DNA of 64,000 nucleotides from Phoronis australis (taxonomy: Eukaryota; Animalia; Phoronida): the NCBI GenBank assembly GCA_002633005.1, contig NMRA01000870.1, positions 48,915 to 112,914 of the forward strand, in the 5' to 3' direction. The position numbers and the translations under genes are program-made. Below, in pieces: positions 1-11,936 of this stretch (position 1 is the stretch's first letter; each line of letters begins with the position of its first letter). The notes beneath the pieces were generated by a model, which ran no database searches, was not told the DNA's origin, and saw nothing but the letters and a program-made list of their open reading frames with translations.

Positions 1-1239
1 TCTTTTCGCCTTTCTTGCCAAAAGCGATTTTTAACAGTATCTGACCCTTCTCTCTGAGCATGTGATTACCGGTTGTCATCAGTTATTTCCGTACCCACAT
101 TTCCGGCTCATCAGTTCAGGAACTTGTCCTGAACGCCGCCATTTTTTTCCTTGTAACTGAATGTGCTATGGCTTGCTCGAAAAGTCTTCATTATTTTGTT
201 TTATTAGTAATATATCGTGATTCGTTTGCATATGTAGTGTATAGTTTGTAGTTAGTGGTCGTTGATTTTTTTTGGAACGTTACGCGTACTGAGTATGTTA
301 AAATAGCATTGGTGTTTAGTTCCTTACGTAGGCGGGTCGAACCTAGGAACCAATATGGGTCGAACCAATTTTTTTCGGTTTTATTTTTTTCCACGTTTTG
401 AAAAAGTACTTTGCTATCATCGGAAAGGTAGTACATTCTACTCATTAAAAATCGAAAAAGTATCAAAATCGGGGCAAGCACTGTAAAGTTATTGCAAGTT
501 TTGTGGCGAAATTTGGGTCACTTTGTTTGGATCGCGTAGGCCATATTGGAGGACAGCGGGATGAGTTACGAGTTTAAAACTTTGTGTAAATTGTTTTCGA
601 CAACAAATTACGGTGAAATTTAGTTAGACATATCTTTACTTACTGCACGATTTAGCAGTGTTCACCAAATTTCAGCCTCGCAGTTGTTACTCATTAAGTG
701 ATAAATGTGCTCACAATTCCCGTTGGACTTCGTCTCATTTCTGGCGGCACCGACAACACGGCGACTTTTGCTGAACTGAAAGGCATGTTCAATCGGCCAC
801 TTTGTAATTTGTGAAGATTNTCACTCAGAAACTCGCAATACTCTCTTTGTCAAACCTTATCTTAAGACGATTTCCAAAGCAATCCCGTCATTATTGCCAA
901 CACGAAAAACGGATTTGGTCTTTTGGGCATTTGAAGACTATTTTAAATACGACAAATTTGTTAACAATTGATGACACAAAATATAAAACGTGTAATAAGC
1001 ATTACGAAAAGAAGTAGGTTTCGCGCGCAAACGCTGTGGACCATAAACAAGTAGGTCTTTTAGTATGAGATTTGTAGTTAATCGTGGTGATGTAGTGGTA
1101 ACGCACGCGCTCTCTATCCGCCGGCAAACCCCCCTCCCGACCTCCCCCCCATTCGGTGCTGTGCGCATCTACAACCGTGGTTCAGTTTGCAAAAATGCTT
1201 ACAGCCGGACAAAATGTCCAAGTTAGCACTTGATGACTC

Positions 1240-1485
1240 CCTTATATTCTTGCAACAAACTTGAATAAAAACCTGAAATTTCGAGTTCTAACTCGAAATT
1301 TTAGCCTTAATGTTGGGTTTTATCAACTGCAAACTAGGACTAAAAATTGTCCTCGTAAGTCATTATGTACTCGAGCATAGAATAATAGACATTTATCTTG
1401 AATTCGCAAAACAGTCAGTAGAGTAGAAAACTCCAAACATAATTTCGAGTTCCATTTCAAGTAAACATATTAGAACCCGGGTCCT
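1240..1485. mobile_element. Partial copy of the 39276-39694 MITE
   Basis: Shares GTACTCGAGCATAGAATAATAGACA, AAATTTCGAGTTC and the right-end TAATTTCGAGTTCCATTTC blocks. Confidence 0.75.
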
Positions 1486-2144
1486 GAACACTTTGAACGC
1501 AAATTGCGCATGTGTATTGAAATCTTTAGTCATATATCACAGAACGTTCCCTGAAAAATTCTAAATTTTCAAAGGTCGGAGTTAAGAGTCTTCTTCAGAA
1601 ATTTTCATTTTTTGAAAATGGGGCCGAAGTCAACCTTGTCCCCCTACAAAGTCGTATACATGAAAGACTAATCGGAGTGTGTTTTTTACAGGGCTATACA
1701 ACCATCATAGTTCCCTTTCATGTAAAACGGTGTCGCTGATGAGCCACGTAAAAGGTGCGGACGGAAAGTTATGTGCTCGGCTGTTTGCAGCAAGTGGAAT
1801 ATATAGATCAAGTCACAAACTTCAAAAAGTGAGACATTCACCTCGCAGCCTGGCGAAGCACTCAGCCCCGTTCATTTCGTGCGGACGTGAGCTATGAGCT
1901 GGGCCCTTTGGCGTTCGAAGCGTTTATCTCTCGGTCTGTGGTGGTTCTATGACTAACTGCGATACCGCCAGGCATATTCTTCTGTCAGAAGCGCCACCTG
2001 GAAAGCGTCGATCGCTTGAATAGAAGGTGTTGTCACGTGACTTTCAGTTTAAAGGGCGGAACAATGATTATTTCTTCACAGTTTGTGCGTTCTTGCCCAA
2101 CAGGTGAAGAGCAACACGCCAGCGGCAAAATTAAGCTCATAGAG

Positions 2145-5100
2145 ATGAAGGCGTTGTTTAAACTTGTCACGGTGGTCGTTTTGATCGCTAGGTAAGTTTT
2201 TCATTTGAAAAACGTTTCCAGTGAGGGAGGGCTGAAACTGCCTGGCCAATTATTCCAGTTAGTCGAAGTAAAGCACGGGTCATGGTTATACGTAAGTAAT
2301 CATCGTGATCTCAGAATAGAATTCTTAGTTGCAAATTATTTTTTTCAAATTCATTCTAGTCGTAAACTGGAAGTGATGGACGTTGCCAGTCGTTCACGTT
2401 ATCCGCACGAATCAAACCCGCCTCGCCCCCGGCACTTCAACTGAAAACCTCCCAAGTCAACTCCTACGTATCACGTTCCTTCAGATTTCCTTGTTTATTT
2501 TCGTTGATTTTTACTGATTATTATTGAAAATAAATTTAAAATTAATGAAAAATACTTCGGAATTTATTTCATTCAAGTTTTGTAAAAGTTGGTATTTTTA
2601 GAATTGATGCACGTGCTCTAGTTTATCAATGCTGCATGATTACGTCCATTAAGGTCTCCATGACAACATATTCGTCGACAGTACACCCCTACTCACATAT
2701 GGCTCTGCCGGGGTCAGAAATCAGTGTATCAAATTACTGGGCCCCACAGGAACTTAACGTTGAATGAAATGACTAGTCTCGCAAGTTGTCTGGTTCTGCT
2801 TCTCAAAATTGTTATGATTTTTTCTTTCCTTCCATTTAACGTGAGTGTAATCAGTTTAACGCCTGTGATGTAACTCTTTCCAGCAACCTTTATCTAATTT
2901 TTTTCTTTTTGGGTATAGATGACTGAGAGAAACCAGAAAGTGAAATGTCCGCCAACGCGGATCTGGGAGATACATGCCTAAAAATTGTTCAAGAAGAAAT
3001 ACCTGTGGTGCGCGTAATCTGCTACAAACTGGTAGATGTTAGACACGTGACGTGTTGATGTTATTTAAGTATTGATTGAAGTGTTGAACATTTTAGTAAG
3101 TGCCTCCTATTGAATTTGCCCAGTTCATAATTGTATGGCTGCACAATGTACAACCTGGATTATGCCCATACGGTCATTAACCCACCGATGCCATGTCAAT
3201 CAGTGCCTGCCGAGCCATAGAAGTAATCGATTGAAATGATCGTAATGTGCATGCACATGCAGTATCATTGACTAGCATAATGGCTGGTTCCAGAGCTCTT
3301 GAAATTACAGGTGTAAGTACATGGTCTCCCGCGTACTGTTTCCAGCTCAAGCTAATTTGTATGAGTCCAATAACAAGTTGCATAACGGGTTGCAGGCCCG
3401 ACTACACACCATCTGTCCCTTCCTACGAAAACAAAATATCGTGTACCCGTTCAATTTGTTTGCCTTGTTGACTCTGTGATTTTTACCCACTTATGTTGAA
3501 GGTATGACAGTCTCCTTACCGATGGAAATGAATGGGGGGTACTACAGGAAACATCTTGTTGGTGGCTCTGCGATCAAATCAGATGCAGGTCGTCTGCCAA
3601 TTTAACACCGAAATCACAACTTCTACTAATAACAAGAGGACGGAAACGAAATATTTTCCGGAATTATAAAACCTAAGTACGAGGATGATCAGAAATACGA
3701 TGACTACCATAAAACAACCTGTTTAGAAAACATTTTCTATTTTGTTGGCTCTTGACAATGGTGAATCTTAGTAAAAGGTCAACATTCTCAAAAATTCGAG
3801 CCCCCCATTTTTAAGATGGTGCGCGCATATCTTTACTTATACCAAGAAGAAAAACTAACATACGGCACCGCAGCAAGACACTGAGTAATCTACTTAACTT
3901 ACCCGTGCATAGTCAGTCGTATGTAAATGGTATTTTGACAAAATAGCAGTCAGAAAAAATCCAATGGCTTTACAACAGCACAATTCAATTTTTGACTATC
4001 GTAAACCAGTAAAACATCAGCCAATTCCCAAATCAATTATTTAAAAGATACGTGAGTGATGTGGCAAACTGGGCTCAGACCCTACAAAATGGTGAGTCGA
4101 AATGAGGCATAGTTTGTGTGCAACGGAGGGGATAAATAATGGGGAAATGAAAAATTGCGCAGCTGGCGGCCTTACGAACACTTACCCGTCCAAAATCGTC
4201 TTTACTTCCTTCACAACTGGATGTTCAAAATTAAGGACTTTGTTGCGCGGGATTTCAACACTTATTAGGGTGTTTTAAAACATTGTAAAAATGTGTTATA
4301 AAGATGAAAGCAGTACCTACAGCGTAATGGTAACGAAATCCGTAAGCGAAGTCATAGAAATACATGTACGCACTAGTCAAAATCAGGAGCCAACTTGTAC
4401 TCCCTCATTAAGATTTACTTCTCACTCGGAAGTGAGGTTTATTCAGGAACATCGTCGTTCTACTGAAGTGGTCTAAGCGTGGTTGACAACTGGGAGTAAT
4501 TAACTTGAGTAAACAAAATGCATAACAACGAACTAGAATAATTAAGTAACATTTGCAGTAAGGATACTGAATATATTGAAAATAAATTTCTTCAGGACAT
4601 AAGCGTTAGTCGGTGGCGAAGGCGAAACAAGCCGACGGCTGTTTTTCAGGCTAATCTCACCCATTATTTTCAGTGGCAGTGACAAGCAAACATTCAAGAT
4701 GTTGTTTCGTGACATTTAAACCTTACAAACCATACGATTTTTTGGTTAGACAAATGAAATTGCACAAGTTCTCCATTGTGTCTGAGACTGTAGAGTTATT
4801 ACCGTACCGATCTCAATAAACTGTTTCGACTGATGGCAGTACTGAAACTCACTTTTTGTGTAGTAAAAACTGCAGTAAGAAATCTTTTATATTGCTCAAT
4901 CACCCGCTCAATATTGTTCTTCACCGCAGTTATACTTCCATCAGGAACCTTGAAACAGTACCCTTTTTAAAAGTTCAGACAGTTGGACAACGTTCTCTAA
5001 AAGTTATGTATTAAGTGCTGTACAATGAAGTGCCTACCTGGATTCAGCGCATACTGCAAACTGGGACCTGGGCTTCTATAAAACTTAAATCCAGCTCTAG

Positions 5101-8100
5101 TGTAAATGGTTGATATTTTCAATACATGTTTTTCAGTGCCGTTGGTAGAAAACCACCTAAAGACAGAGAAGCCAAACAGGGCGGCATAACGTTGAAAGTT
5201 TTAGGTCAGTCAGGTAAAATCTCCATCAGACAGGACAAGCCACGTAAGAAGTCAATGGTTTTGGAGTTTGATGACTTGAGTAAGTAATTTAGAAGGCAGT
5301 AACAGGACGAGACAGTGCGGTTGGGTACTTTTTTGTTGGATTACGGCTCAAAGTCGAGTTCGCGATCAAATAGCTGCCGCTTTTTGCGCTTTAGTAGTGC
5401 ACTTGAATGCATTTTGTCGCAAGACGTCGCCTTGCATTTCGATGCAAAGGGATGTCTTGTGAGAAAATGGAACCGCAATAAAATGTTTCAAAAACTACTT
5501 CTACTAAGTATTTACAAATAGCTGATGTTTGATTGTAAATAAAAATCCAAGACTTCTTTTTAAACCGGGGATCAATTATAAAAATAAGCGAGCATTTTGA
5601 AAATCTACCTGAAAGTTATGAAAATGATTGAAATAAAAAGTATCGAAAATCGAAAGGCTTGAAATGGTCGATCAAGACTTGCCATGTGTTGAGGTCGTCT
5701 CGCATACCTCGCACGTTTGGCGCACAAAAATGAGCTTAAATGATTCTTAAGGGTGGTAATCACTAAATACATTAACTCCACGAAAGCTGAGATTTACTTT
5801 TAAGTTAAAAGCTACACATGACTACAATAAACAGAAAAGTTGTCTTCTGATCCAAAATGTTTATATTGTTTACTTAAAAGCTACACATGACTACAATAAA
5901 CAGAAAAGTTGTAGTCTGATCCAAAATGTTGATATTTTTAAACATTTAAATCGAGTCATTTTATTTGATTAATGCGCAGACTTCTGTCGTTAAAAATTAC
6001 GTCAGGGACAAGTCGGGTATGAGAGGGTGGAAGTTTAATCGTTGGCAAAAGTTTCTCGCTTGCCAACACTTGCCGTCGTCTAATTATTCCGAAGATACAG
6101 ATTAGTCAGTGAACGGCTACACAAACGTTTCGCAAAAAATATCATTTTGGTAATAAGTATACAGACGAACGGTTTCAAACATTCCTTTACACACCGATAA
6201 TCTCTTGCAAATTTTATAGTTTATGTATTTATCCAGCACTGCGCTTGACACCTGTTGACAAGGGCGACTGCTATCGCAACTCGCGCCTTCTTCTGTTGCA
6301 ATCACATGGTTTCGATGCCCCTTGGTATGCATCTCTCGCAGACCCACGCACTTATTGCGCGATTTGGCCTCGCGCGCGAATGAATGTTTAAGGACTCTAT
6401 GAAATCCTTCTTCCATGACAAAAACTACATCTGATCCATGCGCGCACCCAGCCTAAAATATGAGGGGCTCGAATTTTTGAGAATGTGAACCTTTTACTAA
6501 GATTCACGGGGTACAAGACCGGGATCCCAGAGCTTTTTGGGCATTCCTTGGATACCTGCTACGTAACCCACCACTAAATTTGTTTGGCAGTGTTCATTCG
6601 TGATACCTGGGCTCACGGTGAATATTTTGCAACTGGTTTCATGCGGTTACCTCTTGGATTGATCTCAATTTTTTACCTTGTTTATAACCGTCTGGCTGAT
6701 ACTCCCCACCACTGAAATTGTCAGGCAGTGACCGAATTTTGATGCAGTGGATTACGCAGTAGGTATCCAAGGCAGTTTAAGCGGTTACCAGAAAAGTTCA
6801 TTTAGCTCAATTTTTTAGTGTTCTCTTGGCTCCCCTGGCCACACCCAGTAGAGCGAACCTGTCAGACGGCCATTTCCAAGCATGAGGATACCCATAGAGC
6901 ACTGTGGCACCAAAGAAAATTGGTTATCTTTTCATGCCCAAAAAAGCTCTGGGATCCCGGTCTACACGTTCAGAGCTATGAATTGTACATTCACCGAAGT
7001 ATGTTAGTTCTTGCCTTTTAGTGGACTTTTGTCTCATTTTCTACCTTTTTTCGGATTGTTTTCCTCTGAGGCGGACCTTTTTTGCCCACTTTGCCTGGCA
7101 AATAGGGGCTCGAGCATCCCCTCCCCCCGGTGCGCGCATGTGATCATGATTTAAACCACTTAATGTTAAAACAATGGTCTCAAATCAAGTTGTTTAAGTC
7201 AAATCGGAAATGATTTCAGGACTCCGACAAAGCTGTCAGTTTGTTACTGCCTGCTGTGTGGCCTTATCCGAGTTGACTTTTCATTCCGTCGGTGTCATTT
7301 TTTTCGCCGAGCACGATCTCGAGCCATAACGAACTATTGGTTCTTTGAAAGACCAAAAATCATTGGTCATCTGAAGTTGATTACACATAACACTATAGTA
7401 CAGCATCCGAATGAAAGTGGTCTAAACCAAAAAATTTTCTTCTGGGATGGAACGCGGATACATGACAGCATATACCAAATCTTAACTGAAGTCACGAGAA
7501 TTCCCGTTTCAAATGCAGTATGGACATTATTGTTATATAACTCATCGAATGTTTTCTTGTTTTCAGCCGAAGTTGACTCGTCAGGATCTGGCGTCGGGTG
7601 TTCCAGTCATTTCTATCGCACTTTCGCCAATACCGACTTCACCTTCATGCCCGTAGACAAGCCGGACACGGTCGACTTTCAGAATATCAGTGCCTCCTAC
7701 TTCAACTTTAGCGCCACGCTACGTTCAAACTCGACGCTTACGGCCCATATGTACATATTTAAAGAGAATGGAACTTACACTGTTAATGATGAAGAGGTCA
7801 GTGTTTTGAAGGGAGACGTGAAGATGAATATTGAACTTGAGGACTGGCAGTTTTGTGGTAATGGACCGGGCGAGGACTCCAACTTCAAGAGCGGCCAGGC
7901 AGGTAATATACTTTAGACCCTTTCGTTTTTTCCATTCACATAAACTTTGAAGTCGCATTTATATGCTGTATAGGAGTAAAGATAGCGAGTTGGTTCTGGT
8001 TAACCATAAGGTATGAGTATCTGTGTTTTCACGAATTGCCGTGATTTTAGTGATATGAAATGTATTGTTGACCTGACCCCTCCCCTTTGAAAAAATTCTG

Positions 8101-9677
8101 GTTCCGCCCGTGAGGCTATAATACTCCCAGATGTTCAGTAATGCGTCACACGCTTAATATAACAATACAAGCGAAATCAACGGTTCTCAAGCGGACATAC
8201 CAGTAAACGGTTGTGTAACGCCCGTCCAAATGATGCTCTCTTACAGGGAAGGAGATTAGTATTAAGCTTTCCATCAAAGGTAAAGACGAAAAACACAAGC
8301 CGAGGAAACGCAAGGGCGGAGAGAAAAGGAAGAATGGTAGGAGACCTAACAAAAAAGTCCAGGAATATGATCTCGGCGATGACATGAATCTGGCTATCTC
8401 AACTAAGGTACATGTATCATGAAAATCGTTCTATCGCACGTACTAGACATTATTACTTGGAAGCTTGTGGTGTCTCGTTGGTTTGTCGCGTTTGTGTTGT
8501 CCATTTTCTCTTCGAAATACAACGTAGATCTTTTAATTGAGATCAGCTCTATTGGGTTTTCAGTGTGCAGTTTTCGCCCTGGAAGAGTTTTCAACAACAC
8601 TTCCGTCCCGACACTGCAAGGACTAAGTAATAATGTAAGGTGAAGCTTACTAATTTGCAGTTAAGTCGTACCGCTGCAGTACAGACAAACAAGTAAAATG
8701 CATTACTAAATAATCTCATCTTTTTGAAATTTTTTCACAACCAAAGGATATTTCCCGTCACAATAAACCAGTCTTCTGTCAAAAACATCTTTGATTCAAA
8801 CCACTTCTATTTGGTCATATTTTGAGGTGATTCCTGGTTTAGGAAGAACTGGCGGTTTCACAACATTCCGAATTTGGTCTAAGTCGTAAGTAAAGCTGTC
8901 TGAGGGCAACCCGTTAATTCTTCCGGAAATCATTTGCAAAACTGTGCGTATATACGTTCTTGCAACATGGACAGCGCACCATAGGAGGCTGGGGGCTATA
9001 GCCCTGCCCCTCCCCCCAACCACCCACTTATTTCACTGCTGCTCCACCCATGTGCAAATTAGATACTCCAGAAATTGAAAGAGAGGTCGTATTTCGCAGC
9101 GATATTATCGTTTACGGCTAAAAAAACGTAATATGGGTTGTGTTGGGCTTTTTAAAGTTATCAGTTTTGATCAGAGCTACAAAATTTGTTGCGTTTTGTG
9201 ATTTTCTAACAAATCACCAACTCTAGCAGTAGTCAGTCTGACACACACTGAAATCTAGGCTGGTCATACCTTGCCATTCATCGACAGGGGTGTAGCTCAG
9301 CCAGCAGAGTGCTTGACTGAACGTTGAGGGTTCGTATTCGCGCTGCGGCAAACATCAGGAAACCACTTTTCTCGCCGATAATGAAGTGATATTCTGTCCA
9401 GTTAATCACACGAGTCAAAACTAATGCCTATTCTCCTAATATTTCACAGGTTGTTGTGGATGGAAAAATCATGGAAATGGCTACCGCACCCTCCATGAGC
9501 ACGCAGGGCTCCAAGTCCGTGATGTTAATCAACTTTCCGAAGGGTAAAAAGGTCGTTTACGACCCCACTTTCCAAGTGGCGGACCCACCTGACTACACTC
9601 CAGACAACAGTGTCGCCACAGTCGTCTCCTCCGCCTTAGTAACCATGGTCTCTTTGGTGTCCACGAAATTGCTCTAG
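2145..9677 (+). CDS. SAARP/CARP-like (skeletal aspartic acid-rich protein family-like) secreted, probably GPI-anchored protein, 304 aa, 5 coding exons
   Basis: Exons 2145-2191, 5137-5279, 7567-7902, 8247-8407 and 9450-9677 have GT-AG ends with matching phases (2,1,1,0) and total 915 nt with no internal stop. Signal peptide MKALFKLVTVVVLIASA. Motifs GQSGKI, LEFDDLTEVD, MYIFKENGT, KGDVKMNIELEDWQFC, YDLG and VYDPT match my recollection of coral SAARP/acidic SOMP proteins. Hydrophobic C-terminal tail (VATVVSSALVTMVSLVSTKLL); four N-glycosylation sequons in exon 3. Confidence 0.8.
5805..5940. repeat. 69-bp tandem duplication
   Basis: TTAAAAGCTACACATGACTACAATAAACAGAAAAGTTGT.. at 5805 and 5874. Confidence 0.9.
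6437..7140. mobile_element. CATGCGCGCACC-terminated hAT-like MITE, host of the 6516-6963 insertion
   Basis: TIR CATGCGCGCACC..GGTGCGCGCATG; internal segments shared with copies near 3760-3830, 44067-44240, 47520-47740, 48487-48697 and 55528-55733. Confidence 0.7.
6516..6963. mobile_element. Young MITE with about 29-bp TIRs and 3-bp TSD (ACA), possibly Academ-type
   Basis: AGACCGGGATCCCAGAGCTTTTTGGGCAT versus ATGCCCAAAAAAGCTCTGGGATCCCGGTCT; ACA on both sides (6513-6515, 6964-6966). Confidence 0.85.
9287..9352 (+). mobile_element. tRNA-derived SINE head or tRNA pseudogene in intron 4 of the SAARP-like gene
   Basis: GGGGTGTAGCTCAGCCAGCAGAGTGCTTGACT (box A/D-arm-like) and GGGTTCGTATTC (box B-like). 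Anticodon arm and acceptor stem are not intact. Confidence 0.55.
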
Positions 9678-11936
9678 ACGCACGGAACTGCGACATCTCC
9701 AGCGAACTTCAGCAGAGGTCCATTCTGCTACATAAACGAGACTAGGGTGTCAAAATACTCTTTACATACGTATCGCAGCTGGTTTCAGTGATGTAGTTTT
9801 CATCTTGCAGGTTACCCCATTCACATGACGTCAACCAAATGTTCGTCTGCCTTCTTTGGGATTCTAAGCCAGTCAGCACTCAACTGTCTTGAACGCGTCC
9901 CGGTGCGACTCGTTTGCGCGTTAATTTACACGGCGTCGTGCAGTTATATTTAACGATTCATTAATTTGCACTGTGTTGTGTATAGCATGTCGCTTGTTTG
10001 CCCATTTACCGTAGCTTCGCAATGCTCTGGTTCTAAATTTTCTAAGACTGCGATTCTATTATGCTGCTGTTTGTTGTTATTACCACTAAGGTGCATACAT
10101 GTAAGACAAGTTAGTTGCCGAAATCATCTCTAAATTCAAAATCCAATAACTTGGTCAAATCAACCAATTGTGAACGAACGTACAAACGGTCATAGTCGCA
10201 ATGAATTACGAATTCACCTCTTGTCAGTAAAACATTTCTTTACGGTATCAATTGTCAGGATTAGTTCCACAAAATAAATGCCCGATATAAAGCAGCCACG
10301 ATCAGACGTGTTGTTTTACCCACTCTCTGAACTATCGTCTCATCGCGTCACTACAACCACGTCACTACACTAGTCACAACAACCACATGCATGACGTCCA
10401 CAGGTCAATCCCATTCAAAGGACTACGTAAAATCATATTGACTTCGACACATACGCCAATTCGTGCACTAGGGTCATTTCTCACATGTAGACAACAGATT
10501 TCACTGTGTTTTCCAGAATTTGAATCACGTTCATACGAAAAGGTCAAGTGTACGTATTTACTACTGAAGGGAAAAAGCACTCTTGGCTTGGGTCTCTCTA
10601 CCAACTGATTTTGAGACCTATCCTAGACTAAAACAAGGTACCCTCGCAACAACTTTATTTTTGAAAAGCTGCCGGGTTTGTGGACCACAAGTGAAAATAA
10701 TAAACGCCCAGCTTCTATCAGAAGTTACAGGGTAAAATTGAAAATATAAGCTGCATTAGATCATTTGAATGAATGGAAATTTCAATACGAGATGATTAAC
10801 TCTGCCAGTGACCTACATGTAGAAACACTAAGCTAAAGCTGATCAAGAAATCTTCATGATTTTATTCATCATCAGTGGTCGAAAGAGTTAAAATGATCTG
10901 ATAAACTAGGCCTAGGGTTCTTCATCATGTCCTATGATCATTTTCTCTTATTCTTTTTGGTGGAGCTTGATGAAAGATAATACCACTGTGAAATCGCTCT
11001 ATAGCGAAATAAAGAAAAATATATATATGTGATCATTTCACCAATAGGGAGCACCAGATGAGTTTTCTATTGGTGATTACTCGTAATTGGTGACTACCTG
11101 CGAATGAGTGAGTTTTAAACAAGCCTACACCAAATGCTTTTATAAGCAATAAATAAACTAAATGAAGCTTTTCCATGAAAATAAATAAATAACTAGATTT
11201 AACCATACACACTTTACATCACAAGAGCTACTCACAGACCACCTCAGTGTGAAGCAATAAATGAACAACAGAGATTATTGTAGGAGTAGTTTTCAAAATA
11301 CATTGGACATTGCTGAAATTCGGTGAGGTTTTGACAAGCAAACCCATTACTAAATCTCCATTTCTTTTCAGCCTCAATTTATTGCCGGTGTTGCTCCAGG
11401 AATTTTGTCAAAACTGTGACAACTTGCGTCGCAGGTTCGTTAACAAATTAGTAATTAGTGGTTAAGCACAATAATATCATCTTACACTGCAACTCAAGTT
11501 TTCCAAAAATGTCATTTAATTGGGATTTCATTGCAGCAGTTGGATTATACTGGCGAATAATTCTGGCAAAACATCTGTCCAATTTTGGCAGAAATTGAGA
11601 TCAGAGTTCTGGTAATGTACATGTATGTCTAGTTCATTTTGAAAATTACTATACATATTCTATGACAATGGACATGTACACCATATGATAGACAATCAAT
11701 TGTTAATTACGAAAAAGTACATCAAATATTGGCAGAGTTCGACAAATTTGGTGGAAGTCTATCCAGTTTACTGAAGTTCTGTGTTATGTCACTGCTCTAA
11801 TCACCTTGCAGTGTAGCTCGCCACTTCGTGCAGTTAGTCGATTCCAGGATTCTTCACAGCAATGATTTTGCACACCTTAGAGTTCTGGAGTTCATTCTGT
11901 TGTTCTATAAGACTGGCAATTATTTCTCAGAGAAGA

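Noticed and set aside
7377-7916. 179-aa ORF as a standalone gene (likewise 15267-15833 and 20315-20620)
   Set aside because: These are internal exons read through into flanking intron sequence.
9287-9352. Functional tRNA gene
   Set aside because: No complete cloverleaf; anticodon arm and acceptor stem are defective.
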